The notes: a model not told the origin generated them from the sequence alone. Positions 18,421 through 31,600 are shown, counted from the first letter of the stretch. The stretch is DNA of 64,000 nt from Planctomycetia bacterium (GCA_021413585.1 JAIOQB010000278.1:783-64782), one strand, 5' to 3'. A program made the numbers and translations.

Positions 18421-20673
18421 TTACCTTGCCCGCACCTCTCCCATCCCCACCTCCTGCACCTTCCCATTCACCCGCACTTTCACCTTCGCTCCGCCCCCCG
18501 CCGCCACTTCATCCACGACCTGGCACGAAATCACTTCGCCATTCTTCCAGGTGCAGTCCACGCAAAATCCGCCGCGGGCCCGCAGGCCGGTGAAGCTGCC
18601 ACTTTTGGCCCAGGCTTTCGGCAGGGCAGGGAGTAGGGTGATCTCGCCAGCGTGCGATTGCAGCAGCATCTCGCATACGCCGGCGGTGTAACCGAAGTTG
18701 CCGTCGATCTGAAACGGAGGGTGTGCGTCGAGCAGGTTCGCGTACAGCCCGCCGCCGTGCCCCATGTCCACGCCAGTGTTGCCCACCAGGCGGATCAGCT
18801 TGCCGAACAGCTTGTGCGTCCGGTCGCCGTCGTGCAGGCGCGCCCACAGGTTGATCTTCCAGGCGGTGCTCCAGCCGGTGCCGTCGTCGCTGCGGGCATT
18901 GAGCGAAACGCGGGCGGCCGCGGCCAGCTCGGGCGTGGTCAGCGGCGAAATCTGCCGCCCCGGATGCACGGCAATCAGATGCGACAGATGGCGGTGCGTA
19001 TCTTTCGGATCGTCGCGATCAACCATCCATTCCTGCAACTGGCCCCACTTGCCGATCTTGGGCCCGAGCAGCTTGGCTCGCTTGGTGGAAAGCAAATCGC
19101 GGAACTCCTTGTCGACGCCCAGGATATCTGCCGCCTCGATCGTGCTCGTGAACAGATCCCACACCAACTGCTGATCGAACGACACGCCGTTTTCGCGCGG
19201 ACCATGCTCGGGCGAATAGCCGTTAGGGGAGACGAGCGTGCCTTTGGGGAGCGGCTTGAGATAATCGAGCCAGAACTCGCACACTTCCTTCATCGCCGGA
19301 TAGGCTTTGGTGCGCAGATATTCGCGGTCGCCGGTAAACCGATAATGGTCATAGCTGTTCTGCAGCAGCCACGCGCTGGTGCCGGGAATCCAGTCCCACG
19401 TCGAGCCGCCAAACAGGCCGCTTTCGCCACGCATCGTCCAGCCGCGGGTTTTATATGTCTTGTGAGTCGACTCGATGCGAACCGCGCGGATCGAGTCGAT
19501 CCAATCGATATAGGGGACAAAACATTCCCCCAAGTTGGCTGCGTCCGCCAGCCAGTAGTTCATCTGCACATTCACGTCGGTGTGGTAGTCAGATCGCCAC
19601 GGCGGATTATTGCTGTTGTTCCATTTGCCCTGCAGGTTGGCCGGCAGGCCTCCCTCGCGCGACGATGCGATCAGCAGGTAGCGACCGTACTGAAACAACA
19701 GCTCTTCGAGCCCCAGGTCCGGTTCGCTGACTTTGTATTGAGCCAGCCGGACATTCGTGGGCTTGTCGGCTATGGTTGCTTGGCCGGTGGTGGCCGAGTC
19801 CCCCGTTAGGTTGAGCGCTACGCGGTCGAACAGCTTGCGGTAGTCCTTAACGTGTGCTGTCAGCAGGGTGTCGTAGGGCGTTTTTTCCGCCGCGTCGAGC
19901 CGGGCGGTGACTTTGTCGTGGGGCAGCGGGCCGCGCCAATTCTTTGCCCGGTCTTGCAGGAAGTTGGTGCCGGCGCACAGCAGCAGCGTGATGCTATCCG
20001 CGTTCTGGAAGATGATCTGACCGGTCTTGGCCTCGATGGTTCCCCCCTGGTTGAGCACGCGCACTTGCGCTTCGCGGTTGAGCGGCAGCCAGATTTTGCC
20101 GCCGCTGTATTTGCATTCGGGAAACGCACCGGCGATGGTGATCGTGTGGCCATCGCTGGTAGCCTTGGCGCCGTGGGCATCGTTGACGGCAACCGTGCCG
20201 CTGAGTGAGCCGGGCTTGTCGGCGGTGAATCGAACCACAATCACTTTGGCCGGACAACTAGCAAATGCTTCGCGATGGAATGTCACGCCGTCCTGCTCAT
20301 AGTCGACCGTGTGAACGGCACGGCGAAGGTCCAACTCGCGACGGTACGACTTCAACGGGCCAGGCTTGCCGGTTGCCGGCGGGCGATCGAGTTGCACCCT
20401 CACGTCGCCGAAGTTCTGATACGCGCCGGTGTCTTCCTCGTTGCCTACCCAGAGGCTTTCCTCGTTGAATTGGATCTGCTCGACGGACACGCCGCCGAAG
20501 AGCATCGCCCCCAGGTGGCCGTTGCCGATCGGGAGTGCCTCTTGCATCCATTGCGTAGCGGGTTGGTCATACCACAGCTTAAGCGGTGTGCCGTCCGCGG
20601 CACTACACGGCGGCGCGGAGATCGAAGTAAAAACGACCAACAAGAAAGCGGCAAGTGCGAGATTGGTCTTCAT
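18421..20673 (-). CDS. glycoside hydrolase family 95 (alpha-L-fucosidase-like), secreted
   Basis: 750 aa with a signal peptide. N-terminal LWYDQPATQWMQEALPIGNGHLGAMLFGG...EQIQFNEESLW and downstream NVQMNYW and HLSHL motifs are typical of GH95. Confidence 0.85.
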   Translation of the reverse strand: MKTNLALAAFLLVVFTSISAPPCSAADGTPLKLWYDQPATQWMQEALPIGNGHLGAMLFGGVSVEQIQFNEESLWVGNEEDTGAYQNFGDVRVQLDRPPATGKPGPLKSYRRELDLRRAVHTVDYEQDGVTFHREAFASCPAKVIVVRFTADKPGSLSGTVAVNDAHGAKATSDGHTITIAGAFPECKYSGGKIWLPLNREAQVRVLNQGGTIEAKTGQIIFQNADSITLLLCAGTNFLQDRAKNWRGPLPHDKVTARLDAAEKTPYDTLLTAHVKDYRKLFDRVALNLTGDSATTGQATIADKPTNVRLAQYKVSEPDLGLEELLFQYGRYLLIASSREGGLPANLQGKWNNSNNPPWRSDYHTDVNVQMNYWLADAANLGECFVPYIDWIDSIRAVRIESTHKTYKTRGWTMRGESGLFGGSTWDWIPGTSAWLLQNSYDHYRFTGDREYLRTKAYPAMKEVCEFWLDYLKPLPKGTLVSPNGYSPEHGPRENGVSFDQQLVWDLFTSTIEAADILGVDKEFRDLLSTKRAKLLGPKIGKWGQLQEWMVDRDDPKDTHRHLSHLIAVHPGRQISPLTTPELAAAARVSLNARSDDGTGWSTAWKINLWARLHDGDRTHKLFGKLIRLVGNTGVDMGHGGGLYANLLDAHPPFQIDGNFGYTAGVCEMLLQSHAGEITLLPALPKAWAKSGSFTGLRARGGFCVDCTWKNGEVISCQVVDEVAAGGGAKVKVRVNGKVQEVGMGEVRAR

Positions 20674-20792
20674 AACCAGGGCGGGCTTTCAGGGGAGGGA
20701 TGAATGAGCGGCGGAAAAGCATTATTATCTAAATCCACCCGCAGAGGAACTTCCGCAACCAAATACCGCATTCATTACCCACCGATAAAGTA

Positions 20793-22679
20793 ATGCGACA
20801 ATTGTTATCTGGACATTATTGGGGGATCTTGGCGATTGCGGTGGGATTGTTCCTTCCCGCATCGATTTGCGCAGCCGCGGAACCAGCTGCGCCCACGACA
20901 AAAATCCCGCAATCCGTCGCCGAACTCTGGGCCGGCTACGATCCCCGCGCCGAGCCGCTTAACGTCGAAGTGCTGCGGGAATGGGTCAATAAGGGAATCG
21001 GCTATCGCTACCTGCGCTACACGGTCGGCACGTTTCGCGGCCAGCCCGCGCGTGTGGCGGCGGTGTATGCCGTGCCGCAGGGGGCGCGCAAGGTGCCGGG
21101 GCTGGTGCAGATTCATGGCGGGGGGCAGTCGGCCAATCTTAACGCCGTGCGGGCCAATGCCGAGCGAGGGTACGCCTGCATCTCGATCAACTGGCTGGGG
21201 AACCGGATCGACGGCATTCGCCCCGGGCTTCCCAATACCGACTGGGGAGCGGTCGACGCCACGCAGCGCGGCCACAACAGCGGCTTCACCAGCCTCGAGC
21301 CCGACGCCAAGACGATCGATTCCGTCACCTCGCCCAAAAACAGCAACTGGTATTCCGTCACCTCGCCCAAAAACAGCAACTGGTACCTGGGGATCATGGC
21401 GGCCCGCCGGGCACTGACGTTTCTCGAGCAGCAGCCGGAGGTCGACGGCCAGAAGCTTGGCGTCTACGGCCATTCGATGGGAGGGACTGTCACGGCCCAC
21501 GTGGCGGCGGTCGATCCGCGCGTGCGGGCCGCGGCGCCAACGTGCGGCGGTTTTGGCTCGCCCCGCGCGATACACCTCGATCCGCTGAGCCAGCGGACGA
21601 TCGCTGACGAGGCCCACTTGCCGCTGATCACCTGCCCGCTGCTGCTGGGGAGCCCGACGAACGATTTCAACGGCGCGATGGACGAGGCGGATCGGGCGAT
21701 CGACGTCGTCCACAGCAAAAGCATCCGCACTACGCGGCCGGTGCATCACGATCATCGCACCACCCCGGCCGAGGCGGTGTGCATTCCGCTGTGGTTCGAC
21801 GAGCAGTTGAAGGGGACGTTTCATTTCCCGCAGACACCCCGCATTGCGTGGAAGTTGCCGCAGCCCGACGGCGTGCCGCTGCTGGAGGTGACACCGGACA
21901 AATCGCGAAAGATCGTGGCGGTCGAATTGTTCTACAGCCGCGGCGACGATCCGCGGCGGCGGTTCTGGATCGCAGCGGCTGCCCACGAGTCGAACGGCAC
22001 CTGGACGGCCCAATGTCCCGTGCTCGACATGGACTCCACGCTCCGCGCGTTTGCCAACGTGACGTACGCGATCGACGCGCCAGTCACCACGGCGGAGTAC
22101 TACTATGAGTTCTTCACCAGCGACACGTTCAGCATTTCGTCGCGCATGCTCACCGCCACACCGGCGGAGTTGCGGGCCGCGGGGGTCAAGGGGACCGACG
22201 CGAAGTCGCTCTTGATCGACGACTTCGCCCGCGATTGGCAGGACTGGTGGATACCCTGGCGGGGATCGGTCGAGCGGTGGACTCGCAAGATCGGCGATCC
22301 AAAATGGCGAGGGCCGGATCAGGCGGTTCTGGAAGTCACCCTCAAATCAGCGCAAGACAACACGCTGGTGGTGGTGTTGAAGTCGAATCCGTGGTGGAAC
22401 CCAACTCACGTCCGACAGCCGCAAGAGTATTTTGCCACGATCAAACTGAAGGGCTCGCCCGACGGGCAAACGGTGCGAATACCGCTGAGCGACTTGCACA
22501 GCATTAACGACAGCCGGCCGCCAAACAATTGGACCGCGTTCGACGAGTTGGGCCTCGTGCCGTCATTCCATTACGAACGTGGCGGCAAAGCCCAGATCGC
22601 AGGGCAAACCTGGCGCGGACCGCCGCCCGTTTATAAGTCGATTGGCTGGTCGCTGCTGGCTGGCAATAAAACGCCTTAG
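20793..22679 (+). CDS. secreted alpha/beta hydrolase (acetylxylan-esterase/dienelactone-hydrolase-like) with C-terminal domain of unknown function
   Basis: Signal peptide. Nucleophile elbow GVYGHSMGG. The N-terminal region LWAGYDPRAEPLNVEVL resembles AXE1-type esterases. Confidence 0.65.
   Translation: MRQLLSGHYWGILAIAVGLFLPASICAAAEPAAPTTKIPQSVAELWAGYDPRAEPLNVEVLREWVNKGIGYRYLRYTVGTFRGQPARVAAVYAVPQGARKVPGLVQIHGGGQSANLNAVRANAERGYACISINWLGNRIDGIRPGLPNTDWGAVDATQRGHNSGFTSLEPDAKTIDSVTSPKNSNWYSVTSPKNSNWYLGIMAARRALTFLEQQPEVDGQKLGVYGHSMGGTVTAHVAAVDPRVRAAAPTCGGFGSPRAIHLDPLSQRTIADEAHLPLITCPLLLGSPTNDFNGAMDEADRAIDVVHSKSIRTTRPVHHDHRTTPAEAVCIPLWFDEQLKGTFHFPQTPRIAWKLPQPDGVPLLEVTPDKSRKIVAVELFYSRGDDPRRRFWIAAAAHESNGTWTAQCPVLDMDSTLRAFANVTYAIDAPVTTAEYYYEFFTSDTFSISSRMLTATPAELRAAGVKGTDAKSLLIDDFARDWQDWWIPWRGSVERWTRKIGDPKWRGPDQAVLEVTLKSAQDNTLVVVLKSNPWWNPTHVRQPQEYFATIKLKGSPDGQTVRIPLSDLHSINDSRPPNNWTAFDELGLVPSFHYERGGKAQIAGQTWRGPPPVYKSIGWSLLAGNKTP
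21321..21386 (+). repeat. in-frame 33-bp tandem duplication inside the hydrolase gene
   Basis: tccgtcacctcgcccaaaaacagcaactggtat (21321-21353) is followed directly by the same 33-mer ending in c (21354-21386). It encodes SVTSPKNSNWY twice. Confidence 0.95.
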
Positions 22680-25600
22680 CTCTGCCGGACCTGGCGGCGA
22701 CGCAGGCCGAACCAGGCCAGGCCGATCAGGCCGATCAGACCCAGGGCCCAAGTGCTCGGCTCGGGTATGCTCGTCCCCTCCAGCAGCGGGATGATTTCCA
22801 ACGAAGAGAAATCGCTATTGTGGTCGAGGACGGCCCACACTTTGTGGGCGACGGCGTCGTAACCGTAAGCACCCAAGGTGAGCAGGCTGGCGTTGGAGGC
22901 TTGGTAGCTACCCTGGTAGTCCAACAGGGCGGTATCGGTCGTGTTGACGCCATGGTTCCCTTCGTTGGCCAACTTCCAGATGCCGCCGTCGAGCCACGCC
23001 AGGTAAATGTCGGTGGCATTGTTCGCCAGCGGGCCGACGGTCATTTCAAACACGAAGACCGTGCTGTCCGTGCCGGTTAGCTTGACCACGTCGCTCACCA
23101 ACTGGGCGGAGTCACCGGAGGCCGCGAAGCCGTTGGCTTCGGGAGTCGTGCGGTTGCGCCACGTCATTTCAACGATCGTGTCGTCGCCACTGGTGTTCGT
23201 GCCGTCCACCAACTTTGCGACGGAGGCCAGGGCCTTGTCGCTCTTGCCGTTGAGCCCGGCGTACGATCCGCCGTCGGTCACGTCGGCGGTGCCGTTGCCC
23301 ACGCCGTTGGTGACGGTGTGGCCAAGGTTCCAGGTGAGTGGCCCCAGGTCCTGGTTTGTGGCTCCGGCCAGTGCCTGATCGTTCTCCAAGGCAATGGTCA
23401 ACTCGCCGACAAGGCTTTGGCCGTTGAGCAGCCCTGCGTCGCTAAAGTTGACTTTCGCCAAGGGGGAGGTGCCGGCACCGGCCGCGATGGAACTGCCGAC
23501 TTGCAGAGAGTTGTGAAGCGTCCAATGCGGGCTGAGCGTGATCGAGTCCACATAGGCCGAGGCCCGCAGCGGCGTGGCCGAGGCGTTCTGGATCGACACC
23601 AGCGAGCCGCTGTCGAGCGTGATGTTCGTGTTGGCGGACAACTGGGCCGCGGCGTACACGTTGGCCGAGACGGCCAGGTTCTGCGTCGCCAGATCGGTGC
23701 CCCCCGCGAGGTTCTGATCTTCCACGTCGTAGCCGTAGTTGGCCGAGTAATTGCCCGCGGCCGAGGTGACCAGGCCGATCGAGTTGCTCAGTGATCCATT
23801 GGCCGCGATGGTGCCGGTGGAGTTGCCCGCGCGAGTGAGCGTGGCCGTGTCGCCGCTGCCGTTGACGCCGGTCAGCACCAGGTTGGCCCGATTGGCACCG
23901 ACGTTTTGCAGATTCACGTTAACCGCGCTGACCGAGGCGCCGGCCAGCACGTTGCCGAAGTTGACCGTCGTTTGGCTCAGCGACGGGCCGGCGTGATCGA
24001 GCAGCGTTCCCTGGATCGTGGTGGTGAGGCTGGCCAATCCACTGGCCCCCGCCAGCGACTGGCGGTCGCCGGCGCTGAATGTCACCGTGTTGCTGAAGCT
24101 GCCGGCCGTGTTGCCGACGTTAAACGTCGCGGTGTACGACTGCGAGGCCGCGCCCCCGTCGATGCCGCCGATGAACACTTGCCCCGGATCGCTGAGCGAA
24201 CCGGTGCCGATGCCCGGAGTGGCCTGCACCTGCAAGGCCGAAGCGGGCGAGCCGGCCGTGTTCGTCACACCGATCGTGGCCGACAACCCGGTGGTTCCTA
24301 CGATCGCAGTGAAGTTGTTGCCGGCGGTGACGGTGGCACTACCGACCGCGTGATTGAGCACGTTGCCGCTGGCGATGACCGACTGCGTGCCGACGTTGCT
24401 GCTGGCACCGGCCAGGGCCGAGTCGTCAGCGTAAGTCAGCGTGAGGTTTTCGCTGAAGCTTCCGGCCGCCTTGCCCGTGGCCAAGCTGGCCGAGATCAGG
24501 CTGCTGCCGCCAGCGGCGACACCCGAGGCATTGCCGAGCGACACCGAGTTCACCGGGCCGTCGTTGGTGGTCTTCAGATTGGCGCGGAACCCGGTGGCAT
24601 TGCTTACGCTGATCGAGTTGCTGCTGGTCACCGGAGCCGAGTAGCCTACGATCACGTTGGCGAACGAAAGCGTAGAGGCATCGACCGAACCGGCGGCATG
24701 GTCGTAAACATTGCCGGTGAGCGTTACGGCTTGCGTGCCGAGGTTCGAGCTGGCCCCCGCGATGGCCGAATCGTCGGCGTAGGTGAGCGTGATTCCCTGG
24801 CTATAGTTGCCGACTCCCTTGCCGGTGGCGAGGCTGCCGGTGACCGTGCCGTTGCCGTTCGCGGCCACGCCCGAGACGTTGTTCACTGACAGGCCGCCGA
24901 GCGGGCCATCGTTGGTGGTCTTCAGGTTCACGCGGAAGCCGGCCGCGTTGTTGACGGTCACCGAGTTGGTGCTGGTCTGGGCCGAGCCGTAGCCGACGAT
25001 CACGTCAGCGAAGTTCAGCGTGGTGCCGCCGACCGCCGAGCCAGAAGCGTGGTCGTACACGTTGCCGGTGACCGTCACCGCCTGGGTGCCGACATTGCTG
25101 CTGGCTCCGGCCAGAGCCGAGTCGTCAGCGTAAGTGAGCGTCAGCCCCTGGCTGTAGCTGCCGGCTCCCTTGCCGGTGGCGAGGCTGGCCGAGATCGAGC
25201 CGCTGTTGCCGGCCGTGATGCCCGAGACATTCCCCAGCGAGATCGAATTCTGTGGGCCATCGTTCGTGGTCTTCAGATTGACGCGGAAACCGCTGGCGTT
25301 GCTCACGCTGATGGAGTTCGTGCTGGCCAACGGCGAGGCGTAACCGACGAACGTGTCGGCGATGGTGAGCGTCGTGTCGTCGACCGAGCCCGAGGCGTGA
25401 TCGTACACCGTGCCAGTGATATTGGCCGTCACGCTCCCCAGAGCATTGTGTCCGGTGAGCAACTGGTCGTCGCCAGCGGTGAACGTGACTTGATTGCTAT
25501 ACGCTCCGACCGCGCCGGCGTTAAACGTCGCGTTGTAATTCTGACTGGCGCCTGGGGCCAGCAGCAGGGCACCTGGGTTGCTGATCGATCCGCTGGCGAT

Positions 25601-28600
25601 CGACGGCGCGGCGCTGACTTGCAGTCCGGCCAGATGGCCCGAGCCGTTGGCCAGATTCACCGTGGCCGAAAGTCCGGTCGCTCCGACGATGGCCGAGAAG
25701 CCGTCCCCGGCGGTAATCGTGGCCGTGGGGGCCGCGTGCCCCTTCACGTCGCCGGTCAGGTTGAGCGTCAGCGGCGTGGCGTTGAGCGTGGCTCCGGCCA
25801 GATCGGTCCGGTCGCCGATCCCCACGGTGTACGTGGCGCTCAGCGTGCCGACCGTGCCGGTGGACATCGAGGCGGTGAAGGCCTGGCTGCTGCCGGCGGC
25901 CAGGTTCGTGAAGTTGTTGACGCCTAGGTCCGTAGTCAACTCCGAAGTGTTCACACCGCTGGGCGTGATCGTGCCCCGGTTCAGTCCGGCGGTGTTAGCG
26001 CCGCTGAGATTGGCGATGTTGAAGCCGGCGGTTTGCGTCGAGGCGCCGGTGATCACAGTCCCCAGGTCCAGCGTCAGCGAATCGTTATTAACCGACGTGC
26101 TGTTGAACGAGCCGTTGGAGTGATTCAGCACGTTGCCGCTGACGTTGACCGTTTGCGAGCCAGTGATGCTGCTCGCTCCGGCCAAAGCCGAGTCGTCGGC
26201 ATAGACCAGCGAGATGTTCTGGCTGTAGCTTCCCACCCCCTTGCCGGTCGCCAGGCCCGCGGTCAGTGCGCCGCTGCCGCCCGCCGCCACACCGGCCACG
26301 TTGCTGAGCGACACGCCGCTGAGCGGCCCGGTGTTGGTGGTCTTCAGGTTCACGCGGAAGCCGGCGGCGTTGCTCACGTTGATCGCCGTGTTGCTGGTCA
26401 CCGGTGCCGAGTAGCCGACGATCACATCCTGCATCACCAATGACGCGGTATCGACCGAGCCGGACGAATGGTCGTAGACGTTGCTGTTGAGCGTGATGTT
26501 CTGCGTTCCCGTGTTGTTGCTCGCGCCGGCGATGGCAGAGTTGTCGGCGTACGTGAGCGCCAGGTTCTGGCTGTAGCTGCCCACCGCCTTGCCGGCGGCC
26601 ATGGTGCCGGTGATCGTGCCGTTGGAGTTGGCGGCCAGCGACGAAATGTTGGTCATCGAGAACCCGTTCTGCGGGCCGTTGTTCGTGGTCTTCAGGTTCA
26701 CGCGGAAGCCGGCGGCGTTGTTGATCGTTACCGCGTTGGCGCTGGACTGCGTTGAACCGTAGCCGACAATCACGTCGGTGAAGTTCAGCGTCGAGCCGCC
26801 GACGGTCGAGCCGGAGGCGTGCTCGTAGATGTTGCCGGTGACGGTGATCGTGTCGGTTCCCACGTTGTTGCTGGCTCCGACCAAGGACGAATCGTCGGCA
26901 TAGGTCAGCGTCACTCCCTGGCTGAAGCTGCCGGAACTCTTGCCGGTGGCCAGGCTGGCGGTGATCGGGGCGCTGGCGTTGGCCACGATGTTGGAAACAT
27001 TGCCCAGCGAAATCGAGTTCACCGGCCCGTTGTTGGTCGTCTTGAGATTGACCCGGAAGCCGGTCAGATTGTTCACGCTGATCGAGCCCGTGCTGGCGAC
27101 CGGTGATGCGTAGTCGACAAACACGTCGGGAATGACCAGCGTCGAGCCGCTGACAAACCCGCGAGCGTGATCGTAAACATTGCCGGTGATGAAAATCGAA
27201 GAAGTTCCCAAGCCGCTGCTCTGTGCTCCGGCCAGTGCCGAATCGTCGGCATAGGTGAGCGTGATGGCCGAGAGGAAATTGCTCACCCCCTTGCCGGTGG
27301 CCATCGTGGCGGTCAGCAACCCGCTGCTGCCGGCCGCGACGTTGGAGACGTTATTGAGCGAAATCGTGCCGTTGGGACCATTGTTGGTGGTCTTGAGATT
27401 CACACGGGCACCCGCCGCGTTGTTGACCGTCAGCGCGTTGCTGCTGGCCACCGGCGAGCTGTAACCGACGATCACGTCGGGGATGGTCAGCGTATCAGTG
27501 ACGACCGAACCGGAGGCATGGTCGTACACGTTATACGTCAGCGTTTGGTTGAGCGTGCTGAGCGCGTTGTGTCCGGCCAGACTCTGCGGATCGCCGGCGT
27601 CGAGGCCCACCGCCAGCGTTTTGCCAATGCCGGCGACGGCAGTGTTGAAGCCCGTGGCAGTGTAGGACGCCGAGTTGCCGGTGGTCACCACATTCGAGCC
27701 GGTGGTGCCGGTGAGGTGATTCAGGTTGGCGACATCCAGCGGAGCCGACGCGGTGCCGGGGTTCGACAAGCTCAGCGTGGCGGCAGACAGCGAGTTGCCT
27801 ACGATCACCGACTGGTTATTGCCGCTGGCGATGGTCAGCGTGGGAGCCGCATGGTCGTAAACATTGTACGTGACGGTCTGGCTCAGCGTGGTTAGGGCAT
27901 TCGCACCGGACAGGGTCTGCTGGTCCCCCGCCTTGAGGCTCACGGCCAGGGTCTTGCCGATGCCGGAGGTGGAGCTGTCCAGGGCAGTCGAAGTGTAGGT
28001 GCCCGAGCCGCCGGAAGCGACCACGCCCGAGCCGGTCGTGCCGGTCAGGTTGCTCAGCGTGTTGACATCGAGCGGGGCCGGCGCGGCGCCGGTGGTGTTC
28101 GCCAAGGTCAACGTGGCGTTGGCAAACGAGCCGCCGACGAAGCCCGATTGGTTGTTGCCGCTGGCGATGCTCAGCGTCGGGGTCGAATGGTTGTAGACGC
28201 TGTACGTGACATTCGTGCTGAGGTTGCTCAGGCCATTGTGGCCCGTGATGGTTTGCTGATCACCGGCATTGAGGCTGACCGACAGGGTCTTGTTGAGCCC
28301 CACCGTGTTGGTGATGAAGCCGGTGGCGGTGTAGCTGCCGGTGCCGCCCGAGGCGACTACGCCCGAACCGGTCGATCCGGTCAGATTAATCAGCGAATTG
28401 ACATCCAGCGGCGCCGGCGTCGACCCGGCCGTGTCGGCCAAGGCGACCGAGACCGCGGCGAGCGAGCCGTTGATGATCACCGACTGATTGTTGCCGCTGG
28501 CCACCGTGAGCGTGGGTGCCGAGTGGCCATACACATTGATCGTGCCGGTGGCGGACGCGGCATAGGCCGAACCGCGACCCGAGAGATTCGTGTCCTGCAC

Positions 28601-31600
28601 GGTGGCCGTGAAGGTTTGCGTTTGGCCGAGGCCCGCGGTGCTGGTGTTGAACGTGCCGGTGTAGCTCTGGCTGCCGTTGGCGGCGACCAGGGCGGCGCCG
28701 GTGCTGCCCGTCAGGTTGCTGGTGAGACTGTTCACGTCCAGGGCCGCGTTGTTGGCCCCCGCATTCGTCAGGCTCAGCCCCGCCGTGGCGGCGGTGGCAC
28801 CCACGATTACAGTTTGATTGTCGTTGGTGTTGAGTGTGAGCACGCCGTTGGAATGGGCGTAAACATTGTACGTGAAGTTGGCGGTCTTCGAGCTAAGTGC
28901 GCTGGCGCCAACGATCGTCTGCTGGTCGCCGGCCAAGAGGCTCGTGGCCAGCGTCTTGTTCAGGCCGACGGTGGTGGTATCGAAGCCAGTGGCGGTGTAC
29001 GTACCCGAGGCGCCGGAGGCGACCACGCCTGAGCCGGTCGTGCCGGTCAGGTTGCTGAGTGTATTGACATCCAACGGAGCCGGCGTGGTGCCGGCCGTGT
29101 TGGCCAGCGTGGTGGTAGCGGCGGCCAGGGTGCCGCCGGTGATGATCGACTGGTTGTTGCCGCCGGCGATGGTCAGCGTCGGGGCCGAGTGGTTGTAAAC
29201 GCTGTAGGTGAACGTTTGGTTCAACGTGCTCAAGGCGCTAGCGCCGGAGATCGTCTGTTGATCCCCCGCCTTGAGGCTCACCGCCAACGTCTTGTTGATC
29301 CCCACGGAGTTGGTCACAAAGCCGGAGGCGGTGTACGTGCCTGAAGCACCCGAGCCGACCGAGCTGGCGCCGCTTAAGTTGCTGAAGGTATTCACATCCA
29401 ACGGAGCGGGCGTCGTGCCGGCGGTGTTGGCCAACGTGGTCGTCGCCGCGGCGAGCGAATTGTTGATGATCACCGCCTGGTTGTTGCCGCCGGCGATGGT
29501 GAGCGTCGGGGCCGAGTGGTTGTAGACGTTATAGGTGAACGTCGTGCTCAGCGGGGTCAGTGCGTTGGCTCCCGTGATGGTCTGCTGATCCCCGGCGTTG
29601 AGGCCCACGACCAGCGTCTTGCCGATTCCGACTGAGCTGTTCACAAAACCGGTGGCGGTGTAGGTGCCAGTACCGGCGGCGGCGACGACGCCCGAGCCGG
29701 TGGTGCCGGTCAGGTTGCTTAGCGAGTTGACATCCAGCGGAGCCGACGTGCTGCCCGGATTGGACAGGCTGGCCGTGGCGGACGACAACGCCGTGTTGAC
29801 GATCACCGACTGGTTGTTGCCCGTGGCCACCGTCAGCGTTGGAGCCGAATGCGTGTAGACGTTGTAGGTGACCGTCTGGCTCAGCGTGCTCAGTGCATTG
29901 GCCCCAACAACCGTCTGCTGGTCCCCCGCCTTGAGGCTCACCGCCAACGTCTTGCCGATCCCGGCGGTGGAATTGTCGAGGGCGGACGAGGTGTAAGTGC
30001 CGGTGCCACCCGAGGCGACGACGCCCGAGCCGCTCGTGCCGGTCAGGTTGCTAAGCGTATTCACATCCAGCGGAGCGGGCGTGGTGCCCACGGTGTTCGA
30101 CAACGTGAACGTGGCGTTGGCAAAGCTGCCGCCGACAAAGCCCGATTGGTTATTGCCACTGGCAAAAGTCAGCGTCGGGGCCGAGTGGTTGTAGACGCTG
30201 TAAGTAAAGCTCGAGCTGAAGGGGCTCAAGGCGTTGGCGCCGGTGATCGTCTGCTGGTCGCCGGCATTGAGGCCGACGTTGAGCGTCTTGCCGATGCCTA
30301 CCGAGTTGGTCACAAAACCTGTCGCGGTGTACGTGCCCGACGCGCCGGAGCCAACGGTGCTGGCACCGGTCAGGTTGCTCAGCGAGTTGACGTCCAACGG
30401 GGCCGGAGTCGCGCCGGCGGTGTTCGCCAAGGTGACCGTGGCCGCGGCAAGCGAGTTGTTGATGATCACCGACTGGTTGTTGCCGCCGGCAATGTTGAAT
30501 GTCGGGGCCGAGTGATTGTAGACGTTGTAGGTGAAGCTGGTGTTCAGCGCGGCCAAGGCGTTATGGCCGATGACGGTTTGATCGTCGCCCGCAGTCAGGC
30601 TCACGGCCAGCGTCTTGCCGATGCCGACCGAGTTCGTCACAAAGCCCGTGGCGGTGTACGTGCCTGTGCCGCCGGCGGCCAACACGGCCGAGCCGGTCGC
30701 TCCGGTCAGGTTGGTCAGCGACGCGCCGACATCCAGCGCCGTCGAGCTGCTGCCAGGATTGGAGAGCGTGGCGGTGGCCGAGGTGAGCGAGTTATTGATG
30801 ATAATGGATTGATTGTTGCCGCTGGCCACGGTCAATGTCGGAGCGGTGTGGGAATAGACGTTGACGGTCCCGCCGGTGGTGGCGGTGGTCGTAATCGCGT
30901 TGAGGTCGGTATTCTTGATGCTCCAGGTCTTGCCCAGGCCGACCGCGCCGGCGGTGAACGTGCCACCGATGTTCGACGTGGAACCCCCGGCCACCGTCGA
31001 TCCGGACGAGGAGGTGAGGCTGCTGACCGTGCCGCCGGTGCCGCTGTTGTTGGCCAGCGCGACGGCTAGCGCGGTCGAGTTGGTCGGCGCGGTGTTGCTT
31101 AGGATCGCGCTAATGCTGGTGGTCGCGCCGGTGATGATGTTGATCGTGGCCGGGTTGGGAGAGGTCAAGGTTTGATCGGCCTTGTGTGTCAGGTCAATTT
31201 CCCCGTTGGCTCCGGTGATTACAGAGAGTGTGTAAGCGGAGTCGAGGCCGGTCACTGCGCCGAAACCGCCGTCGGATGCGAGGTTGCCGTTGCCGGTAAA
31301 CGTGATGCCGGTGGTGAAGCCGGCGATCTTGTACTTGCCGAGCGTGGGGCTGACCATGTTCAGCGCCAGCACGCTGGTGGCGCTGCTGGTGTTGAGCGTG
31401 CCGGTGACATTGAGCAAGTCGGTGTTGGCACCATTGATGTCAATATCCAGCACGCTGCCAGTGTTAAAGGTCGTGGTATTGCTGGTGGTATTAATACTAA
31501 AGGTGCCGATGTCGTTGATGCCCGGGGCAATGTGGGCACCGGCGGTTATGGAGAACGAGCTACCGGGCGTATACGTTCCCTTGCCGCCGAAAGTGCCGCC

